Assembly (NCBI GenBank): GCA_964346405.1
Contig: CAYFVL010000002.1
Coordinates: 1-60,489, forward strand
DNA: 60,489 nucleotides
Reading direction: 5' to 3'
Origin: an uncultured Fibrobacterota bacterium
Lineage (GTDB): Bacteria > Fibrobacterota > Chitinivibrionia > Chitinivibrionales > CAYFVL01
The notes below the pieces were generated by a model that saw nothing but the letters and a program-made list of their open reading frames with translations, ran no database searches and was not told the DNA's origin. The position numbers were made by a program, and so were the translations under genes. Shown here piece after piece: positions 17,428-26,545 of this stretch. Every line of letters starts with the position of its first letter. The first letter of the stretch is position 1.

Positions 17428-20208
17428 ATGCAGATGGTATGGATAGGTCGGAGATTTCTTTCGGTCAAATTGCCTGTTTTGTTAGCGTCCGTCGTTCTTA
17501 TGATCGGAACCGCGCATGCCGACTGGCCGTCAATGTTCGGGCCGAACCACAATTTTTCTTCGGAAAAGAGCAGCATCACCCTTGTCGAAGGGTTCCAGAA
17601 CGCGCGTCTGGGGTGGGTCAGCGAAGCCTCCGATCTTGGAAACGGCAAGTATCCTACGGCTTTCCCCGGTCCATGTGTAAACTCCGGTATCTATGCCGGC
17701 GGTGCCGCGAGTCCGATTGTGTATGACGGAAAGATTTTCGTGAATTATTTCATTCCCTCCGGAGACGTCTATGCGAGTCGATACCTTAGTGAATATGAAA
17801 AATCGCTGTGCTTTGCAATTGAGGCCGACGATGTGATGATCGCCGTCGACGCCGCGACCGGGAAAACGGTGTGGAAAAAGCAGATGCCCCAATCCGGTCT
17901 GAATATTCCCATGGATAAACGAGCCGGCTGGGGACCGACACCGGTTGCGCTGGACGGACGGGCTTTCAAGATATCGACCATGGGCCTTGTGCTGGCCTAC
18001 GATGCAGACGACGGAACAGAACTCTGGCGAAACGATGTTGGGGAGCAGCACGACCGACTCGTATCTATAAAACAGGAACTGCTTGAGGAAGCCGAGAATT
18101 ACTATGCCGGAGACGAAGGGTATAATCCCGGTCTGATCGTGGCCGAAGGGATTCTTGTGACCGGCGATTTCAGTGAAGGGCTTATAGGATTCGATCCGCA
18201 AACGGGGAAGAAACTCTGGGTACACAAAAATGTTCGGTTGCGTATGAATACTCCCTCCGTTTTCACCTTCAACGGCAGGGATTATGTAATAATCGCCGAT
18301 CCTGGAAGAAACCGAATGATTTTAGTAGATCCGATCAATGGTGAGATACTCTGGGAGAGGACAAATATCCAGCATAGTGGACCGATAGTTTGTTCCGGAG
18401 AGCATGCGTTTGTTGTCGAAGGTGAAGCAGAGAGCTGGTCCGGAAGATGGACGGCGTACCGGATTACGCCGGCGGGGGCGGAGCACGTGTGGACGCTGTC
18501 GGATGAGTATTCCGAGGTTGTAACAAAACCGGACAAAGGACCGCGTCCTCACGTAACATACCATGATGGATTCGTGTATATCGTACATTTTGTCGGCGGC
18601 GGGACCGATCCGCAACTGTTGGCTGTCGAAGAAGAAACCGGACAGGTGGCGGCAACTCACCGAGGGAACCAGGTAGAGGGAAACTCGATGCCGTTTGTCT
18701 TTGAGGATCGCGTGTGCGTCGTGCGAGACATGTGGCATCAGAACCCGACCTGGACCATGTTTGAGAAGGCCACTCTCACACCGATCGGTGAAACATGGGG
18801 CGGTGCATTTCAGGGGATTACCGGCTACGAAGTCCCGAGTGTCATACCCTATTCCGACGGGTTTCTGTATGCCCGGACGGCTCTGGGAACACTTGCGGCA
18901 TACGATCTGCGTCGGTCGGCCGACATCCCAACCGTTACTTTGACGCACCCGTCCAGTGACACGACGATTTCGAATACGGCCGTAGAAACGCTCAAAGCAA
19001 CAGCTTCACACGCCGGCGGTATTGCGAAGGTATCCTTCTATGTAAACGGTGCCAAGGTGGGAGAAGACGATTCCGCGCCTTACGAAACTATTTGGGATAA
19101 CAAAACGCCGGGCGACTATTTTGTCTATGCCGTCGCGTATGCTGCCAACGGTTACAAAAGCAGTTCGTCTTCGATACCCGTATCTGTAATTGCCGACGCC
19201 TGCACCGGCGCTCCGGGGCAGGTGACAGCCACTAACCCGTCGAACGGTGCCACGCTGACAAACACCCGAATGCCGACCCTGCGCTGGTCGTGGACGGGAG
19301 ATTTTGAGAATATCCCCACTGGATACAAGGTGTACCTGGGCGATAACGCCGACGACCTGGAAAAGGTAGCCGAACTCTCGAATGTCGGCGATAGCACATT
19401 TGTTGTGGAAGAAACGCTGGAGATGGAGAAAACCTATTTCTGGCGGGTCGATGCGGTAAACAGTTGCGGGATCACGCAGGGACAGGTACAATCGTTCACG
19501 ATCGAAAAGCCCCAGGGCTTCCGGTATCTTCGAGTTCATTTCTTCAAAGAGGGGGGAATGGAGTTTCGAATATTCTCGGTTGAGTGGCTGGGCGATGGTG
19601 GAAACATTGTACCCACGCTGACGTCGAACATAGAACAGGGCGTGGCTCTCGATGCGAATGTCGACGAGGCGAGTGCATTTCATATTTACGACGGCAACGC
19701 GGATACAGAGTGGGGGAATTCAGAAACGGCACGCAATACAATTGACTTTGGCCCGAGTACGGTAGTTACCCCCGACCAGGTCAAGGTGAGCTTCAATCGA
19801 GATGCTGATTCAATTCGTTTTGAGGGCTCCTATTTTGGGAACGAATGGTATCGCATCGGTATAATTGGGGATACGCACGAGTACGGCGGCAGTTTTACGA
19901 TCGATCTGGGAGAGCCCGTGCGGATCGAGTCTGCCCCGGTAACGGCGATTCCGACGCCCACTCTGCCGGAGAAAAGGCCGACGGTTCGCCTCACCGGTCA
20001 TTCAATCCATATAGAAACACCGGACAACAGTGCTGAATTTACCGTTACCCTGCTCGATGTTTCCGGCAGAACCGTTGCCGTGCGGAGAGTTACACAAGGC
20101 CGGTTGGAGTTGCGCAATCTCCTTCCGTCGGGAGGGATGTACCTGATGCAAATCACGGCGCGTGGAACCGGGAAGGTCTATCGAAAACGTTTCTGTGTGT
20201 TCCGGTAA
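17428..20208 (+). CDS. Secreted multidomain protein: PQQ-like beta-propeller, Ig-like, Fn3-like and discoidin-like modules, T9SS C-terminal domain
   Basis: PQQ-type blades recur as D..TG...W: DAATGKTVWK, DADDGTELWR, DPQTGKKLWV, DPINGEILWE. The signal peptide is MQMVWIGRRFLSVKLPVLLASVVLMIGTAHA. Tail: GGMYLMQITARGTGKVYRKRFCVFR. The ORF is open from TTG 17410, so the start is uncertain by 18 nt. Confidence 0.7.
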   Translation: MQMVWIGRRFLSVKLPVLLASVVLMIGTAHADWPSMFGPNHNFSSEKSSITLVEGFQNARLGWVSEASDLGNGKYPTAFPGPCVNSGIYAGGAASPIVYDGKIFVNYFIPSGDVYASRYLSEYEKSLCFAIEADDVMIAVDAATGKTVWKKQMPQSGLNIPMDKRAGWGPTPVALDGRAFKISTMGLVLAYDADDGTELWRNDVGEQHDRLVSIKQELLEEAENYYAGDEGYNPGLIVAEGILVTGDFSEGLIGFDPQTGKKLWVHKNVRLRMNTPSVFTFNGRDYVIIADPGRNRMILVDPINGEILWERTNIQHSGPIVCSGEHAFVVEGEAESWSGRWTAYRITPAGAEHVWTLSDEYSEVVTKPDKGPRPHVTYHDGFVYIVHFVGGGTDPQLLAVEEETGQVAATHRGNQVEGNSMPFVFEDRVCVVRDMWHQNPTWTMFEKATLTPIGETWGGAFQGITGYEVPSVIPYSDGFLYARTALGTLAAYDLRRSADIPTVTLTHPSSDTTISNTAVETLKATASHAGGIAKVSFYVNGAKVGEDDSAPYETIWDNKTPGDYFVYAVAYAANGYKSSSSSIPVSVIADACTGAPGQVTATNPSNGATLTNTRMPTLRWSWTGDFENIPTGYKVYLGDNADDLEKVAELSNVGDSTFVVEETLEMEKTYFWRVDAVNSCGITQGQVQSFTIEKPQGFRYLRVHFFKEGGMEFRIFSVEWLGDGGNIVPTLTSNIEQGVALDANVDEASAFHIYDGNADTEWGNSETARNTIDFGPSTVVTPDQVKVSFNRDADSIRFEGSYFGNEWYRIGIIGDTHEYGGSFTIDLGEPVRIESAPVTAIPTPTLPEKRPTVRLTGHSIHIETPDNSAEFTVTLLDVSGRTVAVRRVTQGRLELRNLLPSGGMYLMQITARGTGKVYRKRFCVFR

Positions 20209-20233
20209 GGGAACTCGGGGCCTCTGGGAAACG

Positions 20234-20276
20234 CAAAAAAACTGAAGCGAAACGCCACTTTCGGCATTTCGCTTCA
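20234..20276 (-). terminator. Rho-independent terminator downstream of P3
   Basis: Minus strand: a 14-bp stem (TGAAGCGAAATGCC / GGCGTTTCGCTTCA, one mismatch) with a 6-nt loop, followed by GTTTTTTTG. Confidence 0.7.
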
Positions 20277-20398
20277 ATCCGTCGCTGTCTTCGGCGCAAA
20301 GATATTTTCCTCAGCGCCTAAATTGATTTTGACGTACAGTAATAACAACCGTTTCCCTCTGTACGCACTCTGAATCAGAATCTCGTTCGGCTACCTAT

Positions 20399-23326
20399 TC
20401 AATCAGCGTCCGTTCTCAATCTGACCGGCAACCTCACCGTCTGAGTTTCGCCGGTACGGTAGGTGACTTTCACGAAATGGATCCCCGGGCTCATCCGTGA
20501 GGAGATGCTCGCGAGAGTTCCGGTTGCCCGGTCGTCATTTGACGGTTGCAAGGCGCGGATTCGTCGGCCCCTGAGATCAAGCAACTCAAGTGAGATTGCG
20601 CCCGCGGGCACAGTGATACGGTTCCCCTGTACCTTTAAGTCGTTGTCTCTTGTCGGCGGACCGGACCGTTTGTCGGTTTTGATCCCTACGGTACCATCCG
20701 GAGGCCACTCTACCGACGTCGGATTGGCGGGATCTACTTCGCCGTGCGGCCAACGGATCTCTCCTCGTGCCTGTGACTCCAGGTCAACATAGGCGCCGTG
20801 GAAGTCTGAATTGCAGTCAAGCCAGAGAGTAATGCGACGCATTTCTTCCGGGGTGAGTTTCACGTCATTGTGGCCGTTTTTCAACATAGGATACAGCTTC
20901 GACCCAAGAGCCCCGGTTTTCCCGGGAATGCTGTAGTGGACGTCTTCAAGCCCCAGGGTTGAATCACCCATACATTTGCTTCCATCATTATCCCAATAGA
21001 ACGAATATAGGCGAAGATTCATGTAGCTTTCAGTCCAGTACTCCCAGCTCTCCCTCCCGTTTTCGAGAGATTTACCACATGATGTACCGTTGTTGGAAAG
21101 CTGACCTTCAAGAACGGTTCCTGCTAATCGCGGAGCCTTGTCCGGATGTTTTTCATGACAGGGTTGACATTTTTCATCCAGTACCGGTTGCACGAGTCGG
21201 CTGAAGGAAAATGGACGACTTCCAGGAACTTCGGCCGTGATTTTTGAGGGTAGCCGTTGCTGAGCCGTAACTTGTCCTTTTGGTTCGGGAATTTTCCACT
21301 TATCTTCATGGCAGCCAAGACAACTGAGGTGCTCTCCAGGGTGAACGTAGGTTCCGGACCTCATTGATTGAACCGCGACCCCGTTTTCATCCAAAGCCTG
21401 AAAATAGATCTCTCTTCCGACAGGCGCCTGGAAAAATGCGCTGCCGTCCTCTTCAACCGGGACCGTCCCAAGGACCATCCGAGCACCGCCATGCTTTGCA
21501 TATCCTACCCAACTATTGTCCACGCTTTGGACTCTCTTGTTCAGAAGAACCTGAACGATTCGAAGCTGAGTTATTCTTGTTCCTTCCGGGAAGGGCAATT
21601 CGGATTCATACACGTCGGTAACGGAGATCGTAGCCGGCGTGTGATCTGCCAACCCACTTCGTTCGCCCTGAAAGGTTTGGGTCGACAACACTGGTGGCGT
21701 TGGACGGGATGCCTGCGGCATTGCATCCCAGATGAGAAATTCTCGGTTTTTCGGCCGTAACAAAAGTTCCTTATTGCCGAACTGATCAAGCAGATACAGT
21801 GAATACCTGTTGAGGCCATGCCGGTCTATCTTCCACCTTGACTTTTCCGGACGCTCTTCGTTGGGTATCCACTTGGAGCCGTGTGAGATCAAATAGTACT
21901 TCTCGCTCAGAGGCCAGGGGGTGGCGTAAGCGGCATCCGAGGCGAGGAACTTCAACTGTGAGCATTTCCGGTCATCCGGAATTCTTGTATCGATGATCAA
22001 CGGAGGCCCGGCGTATCCTTGATTGTGATTTCCCCCAATTGCGATGTATTTTTGAGAATTTGGAATTGAACGTATTTGTTTCTCGGCGGTCGGGCGATAA
22101 CGCCGACTCACATTTGCTGGAGCATAGTTGCCGTGCGGGGCACGGGGATCTCTTCCATCGGGGTAACACTTCCAGAGGTTGTGGAAATACCACAGGTTCC
22201 GATCCACATAATCCCACCGGGTGTAGACGATCATCCCGTCATTATCAACGCTTGGTTCCCATTCCTTTGTTTCATGGACGCTCAGCCAGATGCGGTCCGA
22301 CCCGTCGTCTTTCATGGAAAACAGGTTCTGTGAAGGACGAACATAACCCGTGCCGTCACAACGACCTTGAACGTCAAACGAATCAGAGGTAAACACAATG
22401 CGACCGTTTGGAAGTTGGCATGGATCCTGGTCGTCCCAGGGGCGGTCAAGCACCGACATCAGGTTTGAACCATCTACGTCCACTTTGTAAATACCAAACG
22501 AACTTCCCTGGCTGTGATATTTTGAGAAATTAAAGCTCCCACTTTCTTCCCCTCCTTCAACCAATCCGGCATAGCCAAAATAAACCTCAGTTCCTCCAAA
22601 GGTGACCTCGAGTCCACGAAACACACCGGGATTCAGAGGCTTTCCCGCAAGGCGACCGTTTTGTACAACGGAGTTCTCCAGAAGGTTTGACACCGAAGGG
22701 GCGTCACCGAAGGGATCATGAAGGACGTACACTCCTGCCGTGCTCAGGTCGAAATCTTCATCACCATAGATCCTTTTGAGCATGAACGATGAAGTCGCCT
22801 TGGTGACGTGAGAGTCGTGATTCCCCGGGTATTCTATGAAAAGGATCTTGTCGAAATCAAGCAATGGGTTCTTGAACGCTATTTCTCTCCGCAACTGGCA
22901 TACTTCAAGGTAGAGAAGTTTTCTGTCGGAAACGTCGGCAAGGCTAACAGATTCGGCTCTCGTCCGGATATTCGTAAGCCGATCGGCCTCCGATGAAAAC
23001 GTTGTTGATTCACCCCCCGAGGATTGGAGATCTTCGAGCAGCATGCTCACGCGACGAAGCGCGATGTCCAGCGGATCACGGTCTTCAGAGACCAGACCCG
23101 CGGCTGGGTTCAGAAGTGAAATGTCGCATTGGTATGGCTGGTAGTTCTTGTGCCCACCCTTAATGCGTAGGTCCAGTTCTCTCCATTGCGTATTCCATTC
23201 ATTCTCAACCATTTCACGACTGATATATTCACCGGCCAGAGCTGCAAAGGCAAAGACCAATATTAGCACGGCAAGATACCGACTGGATTTTATTGGAAGC
23301 GTATTAGCGATTTGGCGTTGTTTCAT
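20399..23326 (-). CDS. Secreted beta-propeller / di-heme c protein with T9SS C-terminal domain, paralog P3
   Basis: The ORF is open to 23377, but ATG 23326 follows a GGAGG RBS and starts MKQRQIANTLPIKSSRYLAVLILVFAFAALA. Motifs: SVHETKEWEPSVDNDGMIVYTRWDYVDRN, DGRDPRAPHGNY, HLSCLGCHEDK, KCQPCHEKHP. Tail: GIHFVKVTYRTGETQTVRLPVRL. Confidence 0.85.
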   Translation of the reverse strand: MKQRQIANTLPIKSSRYLAVLILVFAFAALAGEYISREMVENEWNTQWRELDLRIKGGHKNYQPYQCDISLLNPAAGLVSEDRDPLDIALRRVSMLLEDLQSSGGESTTFSSEADRLTNIRTRAESVSLADVSDRKLLYLEVCQLRREIAFKNPLLDFDKILFIEYPGNHDSHVTKATSSFMLKRIYGDEDFDLSTAGVYVLHDPFGDAPSVSNLLENSVVQNGRLAGKPLNPGVFRGLEVTFGGTEVYFGYAGLVEGGEESGSFNFSKYHSQGSSFGIYKVDVDGSNLMSVLDRPWDDQDPCQLPNGRIVFTSDSFDVQGRCDGTGYVRPSQNLFSMKDDGSDRIWLSVHETKEWEPSVDNDGMIVYTRWDYVDRNLWYFHNLWKCYPDGRDPRAPHGNYAPANVSRRYRPTAEKQIRSIPNSQKYIAIGGNHNQGYAGPPLIIDTRIPDDRKCSQLKFLASDAAYATPWPLSEKYYLISHGSKWIPNEERPEKSRWKIDRHGLNRYSLYLLDQFGNKELLLRPKNREFLIWDAMPQASRPTPPVLSTQTFQGERSGLADHTPATISVTDVYESELPFPEGTRITQLRIVQVLLNKRVQSVDNSWVGYAKHGGARMVLGTVPVEEDGSAFFQAPVGREIYFQALDENGVAVQSMRSGTYVHPGEHLSCLGCHEDKWKIPEPKGQVTAQQRLPSKITAEVPGSRPFSFSRLVQPVLDEKCQPCHEKHPDKAPRLAGTVLEGQLSNNGTSCGKSLENGRESWEYWTESYMNLRLYSFYWDNDGSKCMGDSTLGLEDVHYSIPGKTGALGSKLYPMLKNGHNDVKLTPEEMRRITLWLDCNSDFHGAYVDLESQARGEIRWPHGEVDPANPTSVEWPPDGTVGIKTDKRSGPPTRDNDLKVQGNRITVPAGAISLELLDLRGRRIRALQPSNDDRATGTLASISSRMSPGIHFVKVTYRTGETQTVRLPVRLRTDAD

Positions 23327-23479
23327 TAATCCCTCCGTTTTTTCAAACCTTGGTCCTCGACTGAACATTATTAACAAATGTACTCCCGTAACACGCTTAG
23401 TATATTACCGAACAAGGCAATGATATTTTCCAAAACAGTGCGAATTTCCCGCCCGGGGCGTCGAAAGCGTATACTATTT

Positions 23480-23621
23480 AGTGTCTGTCCGAAAAAAAAC
23501 CGTTCATCGAGTCCCGAATTAACTTCGGGAAGATGAACTCTTCGTTTCCAGCCGAAAACGAGCACCTTCCCGATTGAAATCGGGACTCGGCGTCCGTTTT
23601 CGAGGTTTTCGGACAGGCACT
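23480..23621. mobile_element. MITE family 2 copy (142 bp), inverted relative to the copy at 52832-52974
   Basis: TIRs are AGTGTCTGTCCGAAAA / TTTTCGGACAGGCACT, flanked by a 4-bp direct duplication ATTT (23476-23479 and 23622-23625). The whole element is a long imperfect palindrome. Confidence 0.85.
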
Positions 23622-23660
23622 ATTTAAGGTGGGAACTTCTGGAACAGCAGAGGGCAAAAA

Positions 23661-24518
23661 GTGAACTTTTCAAAAGCTGTTGAGAAAAACTATCCTCATG
23701 GTCGCAACCGACTGTTTCCCGTCTATGGGAGGGAAGGGGAGGTCTTTCGAGACGCGGGGATAAATCATTGCGGTCTGGCTCATCTTACCGGTGAGTACCG
23801 TCGGGAGAGACGGAACCACAATCTGCATTTAATTGTTATCTCGATCTCGGGCAGCGGATACTTTCTCGATAAGGAAGGAGAAGTGTCGGTTTCTAAGGGA
23901 GAGACACTCTTCTTTCCGGCACGAGTACCTCATTTGTATGGAATGAAAGACGGTGAATGGGAATTTATCTTTTTCTTTTTGGAACCCGGTGTGCGGATTG
24001 TCAATTTGCCCAACCGTACCATGGTAAGTCGAGGCCTGGCCCCGGGGGAGTTCGATACGCTGATGAACCTGTTCTGGTCGGAATGCCTTAAGGAACGGAA
24101 AGACTCTCAGGCCCTGCTTGATCACCTCGCTCATATGATACTCATCTATTTGCAGAGGGAGATTGAATGTTTCACCCCCGACGGTGAAAAAATCCCGCTG
24201 CCGGTCGAGCAGAAAGAGCTGTGGAAGAAGGTTGAAGCCAACATCGAGAGAAGATGGACGGTGCACGAACTGGCCGAGCTGGCCTGTATGTCCGTGAGTT
24301 CTTTCAATCGGTTGTGTAAAAAGAATTACGGCATGCAGCCGATGAAGATCGTTGGCAAGCTACGGATCAACAGAGCTAAAGCGCTGCTGTCCATGTCGGA
24401 CTTGTCCATAAAACAAGTCGCGTATTTATCGGGCTACACAAACCAACTCTCCTTTTCGACTTCATTCCGAAAAGCCGCCGGTGTTACGCCAACTGAATTT
24501 AGAAAACGCTATGTGTAA
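23661..24518 (+). CDS. AraC-family transcriptional regulator
   Basis: 285-aa ORF. The C-terminal HTH is VHELAELACMSVSSFNRLCKKNYGMQPMKIVGKLRINRAKALL...QVAYLSGYTNQLSFSTSFRKAAGVTPTEFRK. Confidence 0.85.
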   Translation: MNFSKAVEKNYPHGRNRLFPVYGREGEVFRDAGINHCGLAHLTGEYRRERRNHNLHLIVISISGSGYFLDKEGEVSVSKGETLFFPARVPHLYGMKDGEWEFIFFFLEPGVRIVNLPNRTMVSRGLAPGEFDTLMNLFWSECLKERKDSQALLDHLAHMILIYLQREIECFTPDGEKIPLPVEQKELWKKVEANIERRWTVHELAELACMSVSSFNRLCKKNYGMQPMKIVGKLRINRAKALLSMSDLSIKQVAYLSGYTNQLSFSTSFRKAAGVTPTEFRKRYV

Positions 24519-24837
24519 TCGCTCAATACTCAATGTTTCCGGAAGAACCCTGGCCGAGCGATGGGAGTCAATCGCCCGGATAGGATTGTTGCCCACTACC
24601 TGATGGCACAGATTGCCGCCTGCGCATAAAGCCGTGAGTCGTCTGTCGAAGTCAGGCTAAAGAATCACTTTCCACCGTTGAGTCTCAGCCAACGCACTAC
24701 TATCCTGGCGCCAACCGCCGGAGGCAGAGCAAGGCAGCACAAAAAACCGCACGTACGGACGACCGCATCCAAGGTTCCGCCATTCGAATTTCCTCCACGA
24801 GACCAGCATCGCGAGGACGCCGAAATGGAAGCTATAT

Positions 24838-24957
24838 AGTGCTTGTCCGAAAAGTCCCTAAAACGGACGCTGAGCCTGTCGAAGCGCCCGTTTTAGGCTG
24901 AAATCGCCGGTTTGCTTCATCAATCCGAGCGAAAACAGGACTTTTCGGACGGACACT
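24838..24957. mobile_element. MITE family 2, 120-bp variant; left bracket of the radical SAM cassette
   Basis: 100% identical to 34283-34402 in the same orientation. TIRs are AGTGCTTGTCCGAAAAGTCC / GGACTTTTCGGACGGACACT. The 4-bp flanking duplication is ATAT (24834-24837 and 24958-24961). Confidence 0.9.
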
Positions 24958-25183
24958 ATATATATATTCTCATGTGTTGATTCGGGTTAAAGGACCAAAC
25001 GATACATGCCGGCTTCCACCCTGTCGATGTACTCTGTTTGCACCAACCTGTACACCAGATGTACACGCAGCACGAACAAGGTGGTTAGTTATTCCCTTTA
25101 AAATCAAAGTGTTATAAAGAGTGAGGCTGCCGGCACACCTTCTGTCTTGCTCTTCCCCGAACACCTGAGCCAAGGAGCCCGAC

Positions 25184-26518
25184 GTGCGAATACTGCTTAT
25201 AATGCCCGACGCCGGCATTCACCGGATGAGTCTGGGAGGGAAACACATCTCTTTCCGGGAAGCGCCCCTGACCCTCACCATGCTTGCCGCCCTTGCTCCT
25301 CCGGAGGTGGATGCCGAGTTTACGCTTGTCGATGAAAGCGTTACCGAACTCCCTGCGCACAACCATTGGGATCTGGTCGGCATCAGCATTCTTACCGGAA
25401 CTTCCACCCGCGGATATCTTCTGGCAGACCGATTCCGAGCGGCCGGTTGCACGGTGGTGCTTGGAGGCGTTCACGTGTCTCTGTGTCCCGAGGAAGCCAC
25501 CCGACATGCGGATGTGCTGGTTACCGGATTCGCGGAACGTACCTGGCCACGCTTGTTGCGGGATTTTGCGGGCGGCAAAGTACTGGCCCGCTACGACGAC
25601 CGGCAAGGTTGCATCGAAAAGCTGCCGACTCCGCGCAGGGATCTTCAAACCACGTCCGCCTATGCCATGCCCCAGACAGTCTTTGCCACCAGGGGATGTC
25701 GCGGGGGCTGTACGTTCTGTTCGGTAAACGCAGCGAAATTCGGCTGGTCCGTTCGTCCGGTCGGCGAGATAATCGACGAAATTCGACAGTTGCCGGGGCG
25801 ACGGTTCGCATTCAACGACGTCAGTTTGCTCGAAGACCGGGATTACGCTCTGGAGCTTTTCACCGCTCTGCAGGCGTGTAACAAAGAGTGGGGCGGGCTT
25901 TGTACCAGTAAGATTGGCGCCGACGAAGAAATGCTGCAATTGATGGGGCGCGCGGGTTGTCGCTACCTTCTTATTGGGTTCGAATCGGTATCCGACGACA
26001 CACTCTGCGACATACGTAAACGTTATAACAACCGGGAAAATTATGTAATACTCTGCGATCGTCTTCACCGGACTGGAATCGCCGTTCAGGGATGTTTTAT
26101 TTTCGGGTTCGATCACGACGATAACACTGTTTTCGACAATACGGTTGAGGCTGTCGAACAGCTCAAAATCGACATCCCCCGGTATGCGTTGTACACCCCG
26201 TACCCACGAACGCCTGGATTCGAGAAACTCCGTGCACAAGGCAGGCTGCTTCACACTCGATGGGAACACTATGATACGCAACACGTAGTTATCCAACCGG
26301 CGAAAATGTCTCCGTCGGATCTTGACCGAGGGTTCATTCGCGCCTACAAACAAACGTTCGGGCTGAAAGCGATAACTCGTCGCACTCTCCGTTTTTCCAA
26401 AACCGCTCCGGTTGTGTTCGTCGGCAATCTGGCATATCGCATGTACATCTCACGATTGGAGAATGAGAAGGCTCGCATCCTCCCGTCAACCCCCGTACCG
26501 TATGCGTTGTCCGCATAA
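25184..26518 (+). CDS. B12-binding-domain radical SAM protein (class B-like, DUF4070-type C-terminus), rSAM1
   Basis: GTG start 7 nt after AAGGAG. The N-terminal Rossmann-like cobalamin-domain pattern is DLVGISILTGTSTRGYLLADRFRAAGCTVVLGGVH. The CX3CX2C cluster is TRGCRGGCTFCSV. Confidence 0.85.
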   Translation: MRILLIMPDAGIHRMSLGGKHISFREAPLTLTMLAALAPPEVDAEFTLVDESVTELPAHNHWDLVGISILTGTSTRGYLLADRFRAAGCTVVLGGVHVSLCPEEATRHADVLVTGFAERTWPRLLRDFAGGKVLARYDDRQGCIEKLPTPRRDLQTTSAYAMPQTVFATRGCRGGCTFCSVNAAKFGWSVRPVGEIIDEIRQLPGRRFAFNDVSLLEDRDYALELFTALQACNKEWGGLCTSKIGADEEMLQLMGRAGCRYLLIGFESVSDDTLCDIRKRYNNRENYVILCDRLHRTGIAVQGCFIFGFDHDDNTVFDNTVEAVEQLKIDIPRYALYTPYPRTPGFEKLRAQGRLLHTRWEHYDTQHVVIQPAKMSPSDLDRGFIRAYKQTFGLKAITRRTLRFSKTAPVVFVGNLAYRMYISRLENEKARILPSTPVPYALSA

Positions 26519-26545
26519 GACCGCCGGCCGGTCAGGCTATGCACT

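Noticed and set aside
24561-24629. A 22-codon ORF (MGVNRPDRIVAHYLMAQIAACA) between the AraC gene and the cassette, considered as a possible precursor peptide.
   Set aside because: It has no RBS-like sequence, it lies outside the MITE-bracketed cassette, and its composition is unremarkable.
24519-24837. A cobalamin riboswitch upstream of the B12-dependent radical SAM operon. AGTCAGGCTAAAG superficially recalls the B12 box.
   Set aside because: The match to the B12-box consensus is only partial and no surrounding conserved stems are evident. The segment instead resembles a degenerate MITE-1 end (GCCGTGAGTCG...GAAGTCAGGCTAA). An Infernal scan would settle it.
25112-26353. A 413-aa ORF antisense to rSAM1, and similar long antisense ORFs: 13634-14332, 2859-3521, 17530-18225, 19006-19683, 41664-42356, 45475-46233 and 59324-60010.
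   Set aside because: They lie entirely inside genes with strong family motifs on the other strand. They are Arg/Pro/Gly-rich with no recognisable motifs, which is typical of shadow ORFs in moderately GC-rich DNA.
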